DNA of 63,458 bases from Bacteroidota bacterium (GTDB lineage Bacteria; Bacteroidota; Bacteroidia; Bacteroidales; CAIXZF01). A program made the position numbers and the translations under genes. Where the stretch lies: the NCBI GenBank assembly GCA_026391855.1, contig JAPLDE010000155.1, positions 3,369 to 66,826 on the forward strand, read 5' to 3'. Below are positions 9,814 to 20,964 of this stretch, one piece after another; the first letter of the stretch is position 1, and every line of letters begins with the position of its first letter. The notes under the pieces were generated by a model, which had not been told where the DNA came from, ran no database searches, and worked only from the letters and a program-made list of their open reading frames with translations.

Positions 9814-12681
9814 TCAGCGGATGCAAATGGGTTTATACAGACAGTAAGTGCAGGTTATCAGGTTCTCCGTCTGTATAAAGGGGACTTCCGGGTTGTATAA
9901 ATCGTCAAGAATCTTTTTAACAAGGTTTTCCATCATACTGATGCCTTCTTTTAAAAGGTCCGAACCCTCGGGTAATTTAAGGGTCAGTATACCGGCAGCA
10001 GGCCTTCGCAATGAAATTATCCCGGGAATGATCAGGGAGAGTTTTGGGTTCTGTTGTTTGTAAAACAGGTAACTGTATATCATCAGCTGAAATACTTTAT
10101 CCATGGCAGGATCATCCTTTAATTTTTCGGCATTCACCAGCCTGACATCCTTTTCTTCCAGCTTTCCTGTTTTATAATCGATTAAATAATAATCATGTTC
10201 ATATTGGTCGATGCGGTCGACTTTCCCTCCCAGCCGGTACTGAAAGAAATCGGTGCTGAGCCACTTCTCCAGTCCTATTACGATAAGTGGTATTCTGGGC
10301 TGATTCCGACTGATCCATGTATCTTTCTCTTTATCAAGATGTTGAAGAATAAGTGACTCCGTTACTTTAACCATCAGCAAATTTTTTCCGCTTTCCAGGT
10401 CACCATGTTGAAGATTATCCTGGTATTTCTTTCTAACCAGTTCCGGCAACCGCCTCTTCATTTCCTTATATGAATCAGCAGTGAGAGGTTGGTTCAGCGT
10501 TGGCTGATACAATAATTCAAGGATTTCATGAAAAACTGTTCCCACCGTGGCAGCATCCATATTTTCATCGGCCTCATCCGGTTCCTGTATTTTCAGGATT
10601 TGGGAGAAGTAAAAACGTAACGGACAAACCCGGTACATGTTTAGCACGGTCGGGCTCCAGCCTTTGCTGTTGATGACGGTAAGATCGTGCAGTGTTTTCC
10701 TGTCTTTCTGAATGACAATAGGTTTTATCTTATTTTCACCTTCAGGAGGGAAAGAAATGGTTGTTTCAGTGAGTCGGATGGATGGATTATAAGCCGTCAG
10801 TTCCTGTCTTAGCTGGTGGAGGAAGCGGCTCTTCTCACCTCCCATCAGCTGTCCCGGCTCGGTATTGTACAGGAAGTCGACTTTTTCGGCCCGCTGGAGA
10901 AGCCGGTAGAAATGGTAGGCAAATACGGCCTGACGATCACGGTAAGTAGGCAGATGAAAATGATCTTTTATGTCGATTGGAATGAAAGATGGCACCCCTT
11001 TTCCTGAAGGAATGATGTCATCATTTACATGAAGTACGATAATATTCCTGAAATCAAGGGTCCGTGTTTCGAGCATGCCCATGACCTGCAAACCGGTCAG
11101 CGGCTCACCATAAAAGGAGAGCTTAACTGCCCCTGCTGCCTGCCTGAAAAGCTTGTAAACACTGCCGAGCGTAACCGGAATTTCCGTTCCTTCCCAGGTC
11201 TCAAGTATCTGCCTGAATAATAGCGAGTAAGCATACAGGTATTCCATTTCAAGTGTGCGCTCAGGTCCGGGTTCTTCTTCTGATGCCGTTTTACTTTGGA
11301 AATGATCTTTCATGAAGTCGCATAATTCCTGGAAGGCAACCAGCAATTCAAGGGGTTGGGCCGAATAACTCCCGAAAAGGATATCGAGCCGGTAGCGATC
11401 CAGCATGCCTGGTTTCAGGATGTCCCTTATCACTTCATCCCTGCTGAAAAATGCCCGGATCAGCAACCATTCTTCCCTTTCTTTCAGCCCGCTGCCCTTT
11501 TCCACTACCTGTATACCGGCATTGGCATGGTTGGCATCCAGCAGTTCGCTGAAAAACGGATGACGGAAAAGGGTTAGCAGGTCTTTAAAATAAAAAGTCT
11601 CCTTCGATAACCTTTCAGCATGTATATGCAGCTGGAACAATGCGTCAAACAAGCCGTTCATGGGTGTAAGCCTCAGGGGGAGTCCCATGGTCACATTGAA
11701 TTTGCCGATCTCCTCAGGAACAGAGTTCAACACAGGGATCAGCATGTTTTCATCACCCAAAACCAGCGCTGTTTCAGAAAGTTCCGAAGTTGGGACTTCT
11801 GAAATAAGCTGACCAGCTACTTTTGCCTGGCCGATATTCTGCGGGATCCCTATGATCCGTATCTCTTTCGGAAGCCGGGAATACGAATCATCCTTCCACC
11901 GGAATTCTCCCCAGCCCTGTCGCTCCTGATACTGCCTGAGAAACTTGCCGGCTTCCTGTATGGGGTTATCGGTGTAGTAATTGTCAGCATCCCAGAAGAT
12001 CTCTGCCTTTCCCTTGTCGATGAGATAACTGATGATCTTTTCTTCAGCACCTGTGAGGGCATTAAACCCTGCAAAAAGGATCTTTTTCCAGATTAAACCC
12101 GGTTCCAGTTGCTCAATGGTATCGGCGGCATAACGGTAAGCCGACCCCTGTGATGCCAGGTTGGCCTGTTCCAGTTGGGTTTGCAGCAGCTGGTAATATT
12201 CATTCAGGGAATTGAAAAAATGAAGATAGGAAAGCTGAAACTCAGTCAGTGGTTTTTTATCGAGATTCCAGGTGCTCAAGGCCTTGGCTTCCGACAGGTA
12301 ACTGAAAATACTGGCAGGGTCGGCCAGGTAAAGGTCAATTTCATTAAAGTCATCGAGCATCACCGGTGCCCAGTTCAGAAATTCGTTCAGGTCATGGGCG
12401 TTTTCTTTCTCTATTTGCTGATATACCTTGTACAGGATCAGCAACAGCTGGTGATTCTCCGCTTTGCGTTTGCCACCAAGATGCATGACAAAATCTTCAA
12501 TTGAGAAAATAGCAGGCGCCCACATGGGTTTTAAAGACCCCAATGCCATGTATCTCCTGATATACAACCCTGCCCTCCTGTTCGGGAATACCAGGGCAAG
12601 CTCTTGTAAATGGTCGGGGTATCTTTCCTTAAGATAGGAACTTAGCTTCCCTAAAAAAGTGGAGGGATTCGGTTCAGTCAT
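9814..12681 (-). CDS. AddB-like PD-(D/E)XK nuclease family protein
   Basis: VFPNRRAG, GLQVMGMLETRTLDF, GKVDRID...IDYKTG, and Fe-S cysteines CP...CTYC..C. Confidence 0.88.
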   Translation of the reverse strand: MTEPNPSTFLGKLSSYLKERYPDHLQELALVFPNRRAGLYIRRYMALGSLKPMWAPAIFSIEDFVMHLGGKRKAENHQLLLILYKVYQQIEKENAHDLNEFLNWAPVMLDDFNEIDLYLADPASIFSYLSEAKALSTWNLDKKPLTEFQLSYLHFFNSLNEYYQLLQTQLEQANLASQGSAYRYAADTIEQLEPGLIWKKILFAGFNALTGAEEKIISYLIDKGKAEIFWDADNYYTDNPIQEAGKFLRQYQERQGWGEFRWKDDSYSRLPKEIRIIGIPQNIGQAKVAGQLISEVPTSELSETALVLGDENMLIPVLNSVPEEIGKFNVTMGLPLRLTPMNGLFDALFQLHIHAERLSKETFYFKDLLTLFRHPFFSELLDANHANAGIQVVEKGSGLKEREEWLLIRAFFSRDEVIRDILKPGMLDRYRLDILFGSYSAQPLELLVAFQELCDFMKDHFQSKTASEEEPGPERTLEMEYLYAYSLLFRQILETWEGTEIPVTLGSVYKLFRQAAGAVKLSFYGEPLTGLQVMGMLETRTLDFRNIIVLHVNDDIIPSGKGVPSFIPIDIKDHFHLPTYRDRQAVFAYHFYRLLQRAEKVDFLYNTEPGQLMGGEKSRFLHQLRQELTAYNPSIRLTETTISFPPEGENKIKPIVIQKDRKTLHDLTVINSKGWSPTVLNMYRVCPLRFYFSQILKIQEPDEADENMDAATVGTVFHEILELLYQPTLNQPLTADSYKEMKRRLPELVRKKYQDNLQHGDLESGKNLLMVKVTESLILQHLDKEKDTWISRNQPRIPLIVIGLEKWLSTDFFQYRLGGKVDRIDQYEHDYYLIDYKTGKLEEKDVRLVNAEKLKDDPAMDKVFQLMIYSYLFYKQQNPKLSLIIPGIISLRRPAAGILTLKLPEGSDLLKEGISMMENLVKKILDDLYNPEVPFIQTENLITCTYCLYKPICIR

Positions 12682-13592
12682 CGGGGTAGATTAAGTTGAT
12701 TCATTAGCATTCTTTCAGCCTCTTCCAGCTGACAAACCTTTCCCACATCCATCCAGAAATCAAGGTCGTGCCGGTATCCGGTGATTTTGTAATCAGCAGC
12801 CAGCCTGAGAAATACATCCAGGATGGAAAACTTCCCCCCTTCTGTGATCAATCCCGGGAATTCCGGCGAAAGTATATATACACCACTGAATGCCAATGGT
12901 TTAGAATTTTCAATAGCTTTGCCTTTTACTACTCTTACCTCCACCTTCCTGTTCCCTGATCCCCGATCCCTGTTCCCTTTTCCCTTTTCCACTTTCCACA
13001 TTTCCTCCTCCTCCTTCCCTGATCCCCGATCCCTGTTCCCTTTTCCCTTTTCCACTTTCCACATTTCCTCCTCCTCCTTCCCTGATCCCCGATCCCTGTT
13101 CCCTGTTCCCTTTTCCCCCTTCCTCCATCCCACCAACTCCATCCCATCATCAAAAAGAAAATACCGGCTCGTCGCTCTGTCTCTTACCGCCAGCGTAGCC
13201 AAAGCCTTGTTCTTTAAATGATAGTCAAACAGGGACTGTAAGTCCAGATCTGTCAGTATATCAACATTATGTATAAGAATATCCTCATTTTCGGGAAAAA
13301 ATGAGGAGGCCTTCAGGATCCCGCCACCGGAGTCCAGCAAAACCCCTGATTCATCGGAAATATTGATCTCCGCCCCGAAATGCTGTTTTTGATTAAGAAA
13401 CGATACGATCTGTTCTGAAAAATGGTGGACATTGACAGTAAAACCCGTAATTCCCTGGTTAATGAGTTTGGTGATAACCCTTTCCAGCAATGATATCCCA
13501 TTGATCTCTGTCAACGCCTTCGGGCAATAGTCGGTTAGCGGCCTCAACCGCGTTCCCATCCCCGCCGCCAATATCATCGCATGTCTAATCAT
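12678..13592 (-). CDS. MurU-like NTP transferase carrying a low-complexity insertion
   Basis: AMILAAGMGTRLRPLT..PKAL, LDSGGG, HNVD, WMDVG; adjacent to an AmgK-like kinase. Confidence 0.88.
   Translation of the reverse strand: MIRHAMILAAGMGTRLRPLTDYCPKALTEINGISLLERVITKLINQGITGFTVNVHHFSEQIVSFLNQKQHFGAEINISDESGVLLDSGGGILKASSFFPENEDILIHNVDILTDLDLQSLFDYHLKNKALATLAVRDRATSRYFLFDDGMELVGWRKGEKGTGNRDRGSGKEEEEMWKVEKGKGNRDRGSGKEEEEMWKVEKGKGNRDRGSGNRKVEVRVVKGKAIENSKPLAFSGVYILSPEFPGLITEGGKFSILDVFLRLAADYKITGYRHDLDFWMDVGKVCQLEEAERMLMNQLNLPR
12946..13126. repeat. 63-bp tandem repeat (two full copies plus a partial) built from heptamers, inside the CDS
   Basis: Units start at 12952, 13015 and 13078; heptamers TTCCCTG, ATCCCCG, TTCCCTT. 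Confidence 0.9.
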
Positions 13593-13595
13593 CAA

Positions 13596-13680
13596 ATCAA
13601 TTTCATTTCCAAATCTCCAAATCTCAAATTCATAAAATTAATTTAATACCCAAATTTCCAAATTTCCAAATTATCAAATT
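13596..13680. repeat. Degenerate 8-bp tandem repeat (CAAATTTC-like), intergenic
   Basis: ccaaatctccaaatctcaaatt ... caaatttccaaatttccaaattatcaaatt. Confidence 0.6.
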
Positions 13681-15032
13681 AGCTCTCTGTGCTCCACCAC
13701 AACTCCCACCTTGTGGAATTTTTCCAGGTGCTTCTTCAATTTTTCAGCTATAAAAACCGACCGGTGCTGCCCCCCGGTGCATCCGAAATTTACGGTAAGA
13801 GAGGAGAAGTTTCTTTGTAAGTAGATTCTAACCGATTGATCTACAATACTATAGACATTAATCAAAAAATCTTCCACTTCCTTTTCTTTGGACAGGAAGT
13901 CTTTTACTGGCTCATCCAGTCCTGTTAATGATTGGAATGCCTCATAACGCCCGGTTTCATCAGGAGGGATTCCTTTCTTAAAACTAAAGCTTCTTACTGT
14001 GACCGTCAGTGAAGGTGTCCCGAACGACCTCAGAATGTCCGATCCGGTTATCCGTCTCAGTACTTCCGCCAGGGTATTTAATGACCCCGGTAACGGATGA
14101 TTCTCCAGCAACCAGCTCAGGTTGTCCAGGGCAAAAGGAATGCTCTGCAGAAAATGCTCCTTCTTTTCATAAAACCCTCTGAAACCATAGGCTCCCAATG
14201 CCTGCATGATCCTGATATAAACAAAGGGATAAAAACCGGCCAGAAACTCTTTTTCATTCACTTTCTGGTACTTGTTCACCGCTTCCAGGTAATGGCTGAT
14301 CAGTTCCTGTCTTACCTCAGCCGACAGATGGGCCTTGGCATCATACAGGAGAGAAGCCAGGTCATAGGCCAGCGGACCCTTTCTTCCACCTTGATAATCA
14401 ATAAAATAGATCTTATCATTGAACAACATGATATTCCTTGACTGGAAGTCGCGGTACATGAAAAAATGGGTATCACTTTGTAAAAGCAGACTGATGAAAT
14501 GCTGAAAATCATCTTCCAGCAACTGTTCGTCAAAGGGTATCTGCGCCAGTTTCAGAAAATAATACTTAAAATAGTTCAGGTCCCACATCATCGACTGCCG
14601 GTCAAAGGCTTCCCTAGGATAACAATAAGAGAAATCCAGGTTTTGTGCAGCTTTTACCTGGAAAACAGGTAATGTAGTTACCACTTCCTTATAGATCGCC
14701 AGCATTTCCTCCGGAAACTGTTTTCCCTGCCTGAGTTGAACCAGCCTGGCATATAAGTGGGTATCACCCAGATCTTCAATAAGATAAACATTGTCCTCAG
14801 GATTCTCTGCATATATTTTCGGCACAGCCAGGCCCAGCTTAAGGAATTGACGGCTCAGGTAGAGGAAGGCATTGTTTTCCCGTGCGTCGGGATTAAACGC
14901 TCCGATAGCCGTGTTCAGCTTCCCGGAAAAACGGAAATATTTCCGGTTGGACCCTGACAGGGGTAAAGGACTGATATTAAGTGGTTCTTCGCTGAAATAC
15001 CGGGCATATAGATGGGTCAGAGATTGATTCAT
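13674..15032 (-). CDS. AmgK-like APH-family phosphotransferase fused to a RapZ C-terminal domain (internal deletion)
   Basis: GSNRKYFR, EDLGD, YRDFQSRNIM, IDYQGGRKGP; C-terminal SFSFKKG...GCTGGQHRSV. Confidence 0.88.
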   Translation of the reverse strand: MNQSLTHLYARYFSEEPLNISPLPLSGSNRKYFRFSGKLNTAIGAFNPDARENNAFLYLSRQFLKLGLAVPKIYAENPEDNVYLIEDLGDTHLYARLVQLRQGKQFPEEMLAIYKEVVTTLPVFQVKAAQNLDFSYCYPREAFDRQSMMWDLNYFKYYFLKLAQIPFDEQLLEDDFQHFISLLLQSDTHFFMYRDFQSRNIMLFNDKIYFIDYQGGRKGPLAYDLASLLYDAKAHLSAEVRQELISHYLEAVNKYQKVNEKEFLAGFYPFVYIRIMQALGAYGFRGFYEKKEHFLQSIPFALDNLSWLLENHPLPGSLNTLAEVLRRITGSDILRSFGTPSLTVTVRSFSFKKGIPPDETGRYEAFQSLTGLDEPVKDFLSKEKEVEDFLINVYSIVDQSVRIYLQRNFSSLTVNFGCTGGQHRSVFIAEKLKKHLEKFHKVGVVVEHRELI

Positions 15033-15164
15033 ATGGGATTACACCTTTTTTTCAGCTAAGATACGTCATTTTGAAAATCAGGGATAAGTTGCAAATACTT
15101 CTCAATTCCGGATGAACCTGGAATTGATGGAAAAGGACCGGAATGATAACCAGTTTTGGCCCTT

Positions 15165-16430
15165 CTAGAAAAGAAAAAGTAAAAGTCTGATATTCAGGTA
15201 AGTAACGATTATGCCTACCCCTAATATCATCAGGGTGGTGGTCAGTTTGTTCACATATTTTCCCATCACTTTTCGCGACGAGGTAAGGTATATCTGGGTG
15301 AAGATGGTAATTGGCAACTGGATACTGAGTATCATCTGTGAAATGATCAGGCCCTGAAAAGGGTTTTTAATAAAAAAAATTATGATAAGCGCCCCGATCA
15401 GGGATATAAACAAGCCCAGGCGGGAGTGATTGTCTTTCACGTCAAAGGGTTCGCCGAAAAATCCGGCGAAAATACTGCCCCCTGCCATTCCGGAAGTTAC
15501 ACTCGAAGCCAGACCTGCCATGAGAAGGGCAATGGCAAACACTATCGCGGCAGAATGGCCCAGCAGGGGCGAGAGTAATTGCTGAGCCTGCTGTAATTCT
15601 GTGACTTGTGTGTTGTGCCTGAAGAAAGTGGCTGCTGCCAGCAGTATCATGGCACTGTTTATCGCCCAACCGATGATCATCGAAAATAATGTATCAAATA
15701 GCTCATAATCAAGCTGTTTCTTGATCACCTTATCATTTTCAAGGTTCCATTGACGGCTTTGAATGATTTCGGAGTGAAGAAATAGGTTGTGAGGCATCAC
15801 AACGGCGCCCAGCACGCTCATGATCACGATGATCGATCCCCTGGGAATTTCGGGAGTGATCCAGCAAATGGCCGCTTCCTTCCAGGGTATGTCAACCAGC
15901 CAAAGCTCGAATATGAAAGAAAGGCCGATCAGGCTGACAAATCCTATGATCCATTTTTCAAGCTGACGGTAAGAATTGGTGAGCAGGAGCACTGAAACCA
16001 GGGTAACACTAAGCAGGGCTCCCACTTTCAACGGAATATGAAAGAGCATGTTCAGGGCAATGGATGCACCCAGTATCTCGGCCAGGGATGTACTCACTGA
16101 GGCGAGCATGGCCGAACCGAGAATGCTCCTTGCAAAGAGCTTTTTTATATGCAGAGTCGTGGCTTCAGATAAACAAAGTCCTGAAGCGATGCCAAGGTGA
16201 GCCACATTGTGCTGTAATATGATCAGCATCACGGTCGATAAGGTGACCATCCATAATAATGAAAATCCATAGTCTGAGCCTGCTGCCAGGTTTGATGCCC
16301 AGTTGCCCGGATCGATAAAGCCGACGGTGACCAGTAAGCCCGGACCGATATATTTCAAAATATCAAGCCCTCCAAACCGGGGTTTGTGATCTGTCCGCCT
16401 GAGATCTTTAAGGAGATGAATAAGCTTCAT
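15165..16430 (-). CDS. mntH: Nramp family divalent metal transporter
   Basis: GFIDPGNW and VMPHNLFLHS signatures; multiple TM helices. Confidence 0.92.
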   Translation of the reverse strand: MKLIHLLKDLRRTDHKPRFGGLDILKYIGPGLLVTVGFIDPGNWASNLAAGSDYGFSLLWMVTLSTVMLIILQHNVAHLGIASGLCLSEATTLHIKKLFARSILGSAMLASVSTSLAEILGASIALNMLFHIPLKVGALLSVTLVSVLLLTNSYRQLEKWIIGFVSLIGLSFIFELWLVDIPWKEAAICWITPEIPRGSIIVIMSVLGAVVMPHNLFLHSEIIQSRQWNLENDKVIKKQLDYELFDTLFSMIIGWAINSAMILLAAATFFRHNTQVTELQQAQQLLSPLLGHSAAIVFAIALLMAGLASSVTSGMAGGSIFAGFFGEPFDVKDNHSRLGLFISLIGALIIIFFIKNPFQGLIISQMILSIQLPITIFTQIYLTSSRKVMGKYVNKLTTTLMILGVGIIVTYLNIRLLLFLF

Positions 16431-16568
16431 AGAATACAGTTAGGCTGAAACCATACGAGGATAACAAGAAAATTGTTTCCCTGTTCAATGTTTTTATTAG
16501 ATCGATTCTATTTATGAGCTAAGTTAAAAAATATTTCAAAATTGAATGAATTGAATTAAAAATCCTGT

Positions 16569-16596
16569 TAATTTTGCATTGTGAATTTGTTAACAA
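16569..16596 (+). promoter_or_regulatory. gdhA -7 element plus a Rex-like palindrome
   Basis: TAATTTTG (16569-16576) followed by TTGTGAA-TTTG-TTAACAA (16579-16596). Confidence 0.5.
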
Positions 16597-16610
16597 TGTT
16601 ACAGTAATAA

Positions 16611-17963
<1,353 letters not shown>

Positions 17964-17982
17964 TTAACAAAAGTTGCTTCAT

Positions 17983-18012
17983 GAGACGGCTTCCAAAAGA
18001 GGCCGTTTTTTT
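17983..18012 (+). terminator. Intrinsic terminator after gdhA
   Basis: GAGACGGCTT...AGGCCGTTTTTTT hairpin with T-run. Confidence 0.75.
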
Positions 18013-18062
18013 GTGATCTTTTTTTTGTTATGTTTGCAACAACTCTAATATTCCAAAATGTT

Positions 18063-18518
18063 ATGAAAGAATTTACCTCTATCAATGATATCCTCGACTT
18101 CGCCATCCAGGCAGAACAGGAAGCCGTGGATTTTTATTCAATGCTTTCACTGAATACTTCAAATCAGGAAATGGTTGACGTATTCAGGCAATTCGCCAAA
18201 GAAGAAATGGGACATAAGGCCCGTCTTCTGAAAATCAAAGAAGAAGGCATTATTACTATGGATGTTGCATCAGTCCAGGATCTGAAAATCGGTGATTATC
18301 TCGTTGATATTCAGCCTACTCCGGACATGGGGTACCAGGAAACCCTGATCGTTGCCATGAAAAAGGAAAAAGCAGCCTTTAAACTATATTCGAACCTGGC
18401 GGAGAAAACACCTGTGCCGGAGATCCGCAATGTATTCCTTTCCCTGGCCATGGAAGAGTCAAAACATAAACTCCGTTTTGAACTGGAATATGATGAATTC
18501 ATTCTGAGAGAAAACTAA
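18063..18518 (+). CDS. Rubrerythrin/ferritin-like diiron protein
   Basis: AIQAEQEA..FY, EEMGH, AMKKEKAA..LY, EESKH; likely start ATG 18063. Confidence 0.9.
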   Translation: MKEFTSINDILDFAIQAEQEAVDFYSMLSLNTSNQEMVDVFRQFAKEEMGHKARLLKIKEEGIITMDVASVQDLKIGDYLVDIQPTPDMGYQETLIVAMKKEKAAFKLYSNLAEKTPVPEIRNVFLSLAMEESKHKLRFELEYDEFILREN

Positions 18519-18534
18519 CCCTTAGCTATAACCC

Positions 18535-18580
18535 AAAAAGAAAAGAGGTTGCCCCGCAAGGAACAACCTCTTTTCTTTTT
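18535..18580. terminator. Bidirectional intrinsic terminator
   Basis: AAAAAGAAAAGAGGTTG...CAACCTCTTTTCTTTTT between convergent genes. Confidence 0.85.
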
Positions 18581-18592
18581 ATGCAGAGATGT

Positions 18593-20764
18593 TTATCGGA
18601 CAATATTAACCACTCCGTCGTATTTAAACTCCTCTTTTTTCTTCTTGTATCTCAGAACCACATAGTAAGTGCCTTCAGCCAGTCCGGCACCATCCCATTC
18701 ACTTAAATAGGGTGATTGTTCAAACACTTTCTTACCCCATCGGTCATAAACTGACAGCACATTCACCATGTAGTTTTCCAGGTTCTCGATCTTGAATTTG
18801 TCGTTTTTGCCATCTCCGTTGGGAGTGATCACATTGGGGATCTTCAGGTCATACACGATCTCCTGTACAACAAGAACTTTATGGGATATCGAATCCTTAC
18901 ATCCCCTGTCGGTGGTAGCATATAACCATACCGTGTAATAACCGTCACGGGTATAGATAAACGATGGATTCAGATCGGTAGAAGTACTTTTCAGCGAATC
19001 ACCGAAATTCCACAGGTATTGGTCAGTGATAGGGATTGAGGTATTGGTAAAGGCGATCGTAGGTTCATCCAGTGAAGTGCTGTCCGGAACGGGTGTGAAT
19101 TCAGGCTGAGGGTTTGGATATACCTGGATAAGCTTGGGAATAGTATCTTGTTTTGAGCAACCTGCAGCAGTAGTGGCGTTTAGCTGGACTGTATATGCGA
19201 AGGCACTGGGGTTATAATGGTAAACATGGGTAGGGCTTTTCGTAGAGTCATTGTGTCCGTCTCCAAAATCCCACCAGTAGTGTTGAATATCCGGTGTGGT
19301 GTTATTGGTGAAATTCACCACAAGCGTGTCGCAACCGGTATAGGGTTCAGGCTTGAAGGAGATCATCGGATATTTGTTGTAGACCACCAGTACTGAGTCA
19401 TGCTGAACGGAACAACGCGTACTGTCTTTTATTTCGACATGGTACATGGTTGTTTGGGACGGACTCGCTATGGGTGAGGAGATATTCGGGTTGTTCAGGG
19501 TCGCTATCGGGGTCCATTGCACCGAATAGGGCGGGAATCCCCCGGTGGCAGTGGTCCACAGCGGAACCTGCCCTTCACAAACGGAAGTATCATTGGAAGC
19601 CGCCATCGTTATATTTACATAATCTTTGATTGGAATAGTCAGGGTAGTATCACCCTGGCCGCAAACAGATGTCTTAATTTTCAGCTTAACTTCTTCTGTT
19701 CCTTCGGTAATTCCATCATAGATAGGATCGATTGTAAGTGTGGTGGAAATATGATAAGGCAATACTAAAACACTGTCAATGATAAGGTTATAGTCAACAC
19801 CATTGATAGCTGATCCAAAGATCGAATCAATTTTCACCCAGATGGAATCCGGCCGGGCGAAGGGCATGGTAAAGGTTAACACTGCCTTACGGCAGCCTTC
19901 AATAGCCATAGGCGTGACTAAACTGGGGTTTGCAGGACTCACATAGTTCAGGTTAACACTCAGTGAGGTACTGGTAAAGCTGTTTGCTTCAAGGAAAACG
20001 CCGGAATCATAAACCCCATCGCCTACATCGCTGACAGCCAGTTTAATATGATAGGTGTTACAGGGAATGACACCACTCTGGGCAACTAGTACCACAGTAA
20101 AAGCATCGTATTGTATGGTGGCACCAGGAGGTGTTGAATTGTCGATAAGAAACTGGCAATTCATACAAGGCCCCGTATTCATGGTGCCATTATTGACATT
20201 ATTAATTGAAACAGGGGTTGCCGACATAGGCAGCAGGGCAATATTCTTTGCATTATTTGTAAAAGGCCCGTTGATACCGGGACCGCTGATGAAGAATCCA
20301 AATACGTCGTTATAATTACTGCCTGAAAATTCATGGTATTCATCCGAACCGAACACATATCTGAACTTAACAGTGTCCGATTCAGGAATAAAGTCGAACT
20401 CGAGGATGGCGGCATTATAGATGGTCCCGTTGGCAATAGCCGCCAGGTCGGGATCTCCTCCGCCAGTGTTGCTGAGTCCGGCACTACCGCTGTTATTCGG
20501 TCCGGGAGCTACATTAATGTCTCCTGAGGTTAAAATGACTCCGCTGCCCAGTCCTATGTTCGTGTTGCCGGTAAAAGTACCCGCTGCAATAGGGTCACCG
20601 GTATAGGTAACATTGGAAACCTGGACTCCCTGACCAACCAATACATTCTGAACCCATTGCTGGGGAGTTAATGTATTGCTGACCAGCAGCTGAGCCTTCA
20701 CGCTGAATGGTAAAATGTTGAAAATTAACAAGATAATACCAATAATAGACTTTAATTTGTTCAT
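18593..20764 (-). CDS. T9SS cargo with choice-of-anchor L domain, PKD domains and type B (gliding motility-associated) CTD
   Basis: LEFDF.P..DTVKFRYVFGSDEY, YDSGVFLEANSF, WDFGDG, IPNVITPNGDGKND...GTYY. Confidence 0.9.
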   Translation of the reverse strand: MNKLKSIIGIILLIFNILPFSVKAQLLVSNTLTPQQWVQNVLVGQGVQVSNVTYTGDPIAAGTFTGNTNIGLGSGVILTSGDINVAPGPNNSGSAGLSNTGGGDPDLAAIANGTIYNAAILEFDFIPESDTVKFRYVFGSDEYHEFSGSNYNDVFGFFISGPGINGPFTNNAKNIALLPMSATPVSINNVNNGTMNTGPCMNCQFLIDNSTPPGATIQYDAFTVVLVAQSGVIPCNTYHIKLAVSDVGDGVYDSGVFLEANSFTSTSLSVNLNYVSPANPSLVTPMAIEGCRKAVLTFTMPFARPDSIWVKIDSIFGSAINGVDYNLIIDSVLVLPYHISTTLTIDPIYDGITEGTEEVKLKIKTSVCGQGDTTLTIPIKDYVNITMAASNDTSVCEGQVPLWTTATGGFPPYSVQWTPIATLNNPNISSPIASPSQTTMYHVEIKDSTRCSVQHDSVLVVYNKYPMISFKPEPYTGCDTLVVNFTNNTTPDIQHYWWDFGDGHNDSTKSPTHVYHYNPSAFAYTVQLNATTAAGCSKQDTIPKLIQVYPNPQPEFTPVPDSTSLDEPTIAFTNTSIPITDQYLWNFGDSLKSTSTDLNPSFIYTRDGYYTVWLYATTDRGCKDSISHKVLVVQEIVYDLKIPNVITPNGDGKNDKFKIENLENYMVNVLSVYDRWGKKVFEQSPYLSEWDGAGLAEGTYYVVLRYKKKKEEFKYDGVVNIVR

Positions 20765-20964
20765 GCCGGGAGGGTTGTTAGGAGTTAACCTCAAACCAAT
20801 GCAATTTCACGCCAATTTGGCTTTCAAAAACAAAATTACAAATGTGTTGATGAAAAACCAAATTTTATTATTTGTACTATAGGCAGAAAACTGGCGTTAA
20901 AGGTTGCCTGCTCATTATAATTTAGTTAAATTTCTTACTTTTGCCTGCTTTCTGATACGCTGCT

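Noticed and set aside
12823-13221. Repeat-containing ORFs in alternative frames and on the opposite strand
   Set aside because: They are by-products of the stop-free purine-rich repeat within the MurU-like gene
16440-16485. Mn riboswitch or ECF-like promoter upstream of mntH
   Set aside because: No yybP-ykoY structure is recognisable; a GAAAC...CGTAT similarity occurs once and is too weak
20801-20815. Sigma-54-like TTGGCGTGAAATTGC on the minus strand
   Set aside because: The GG-GC spacing is 9 rather than the required 10
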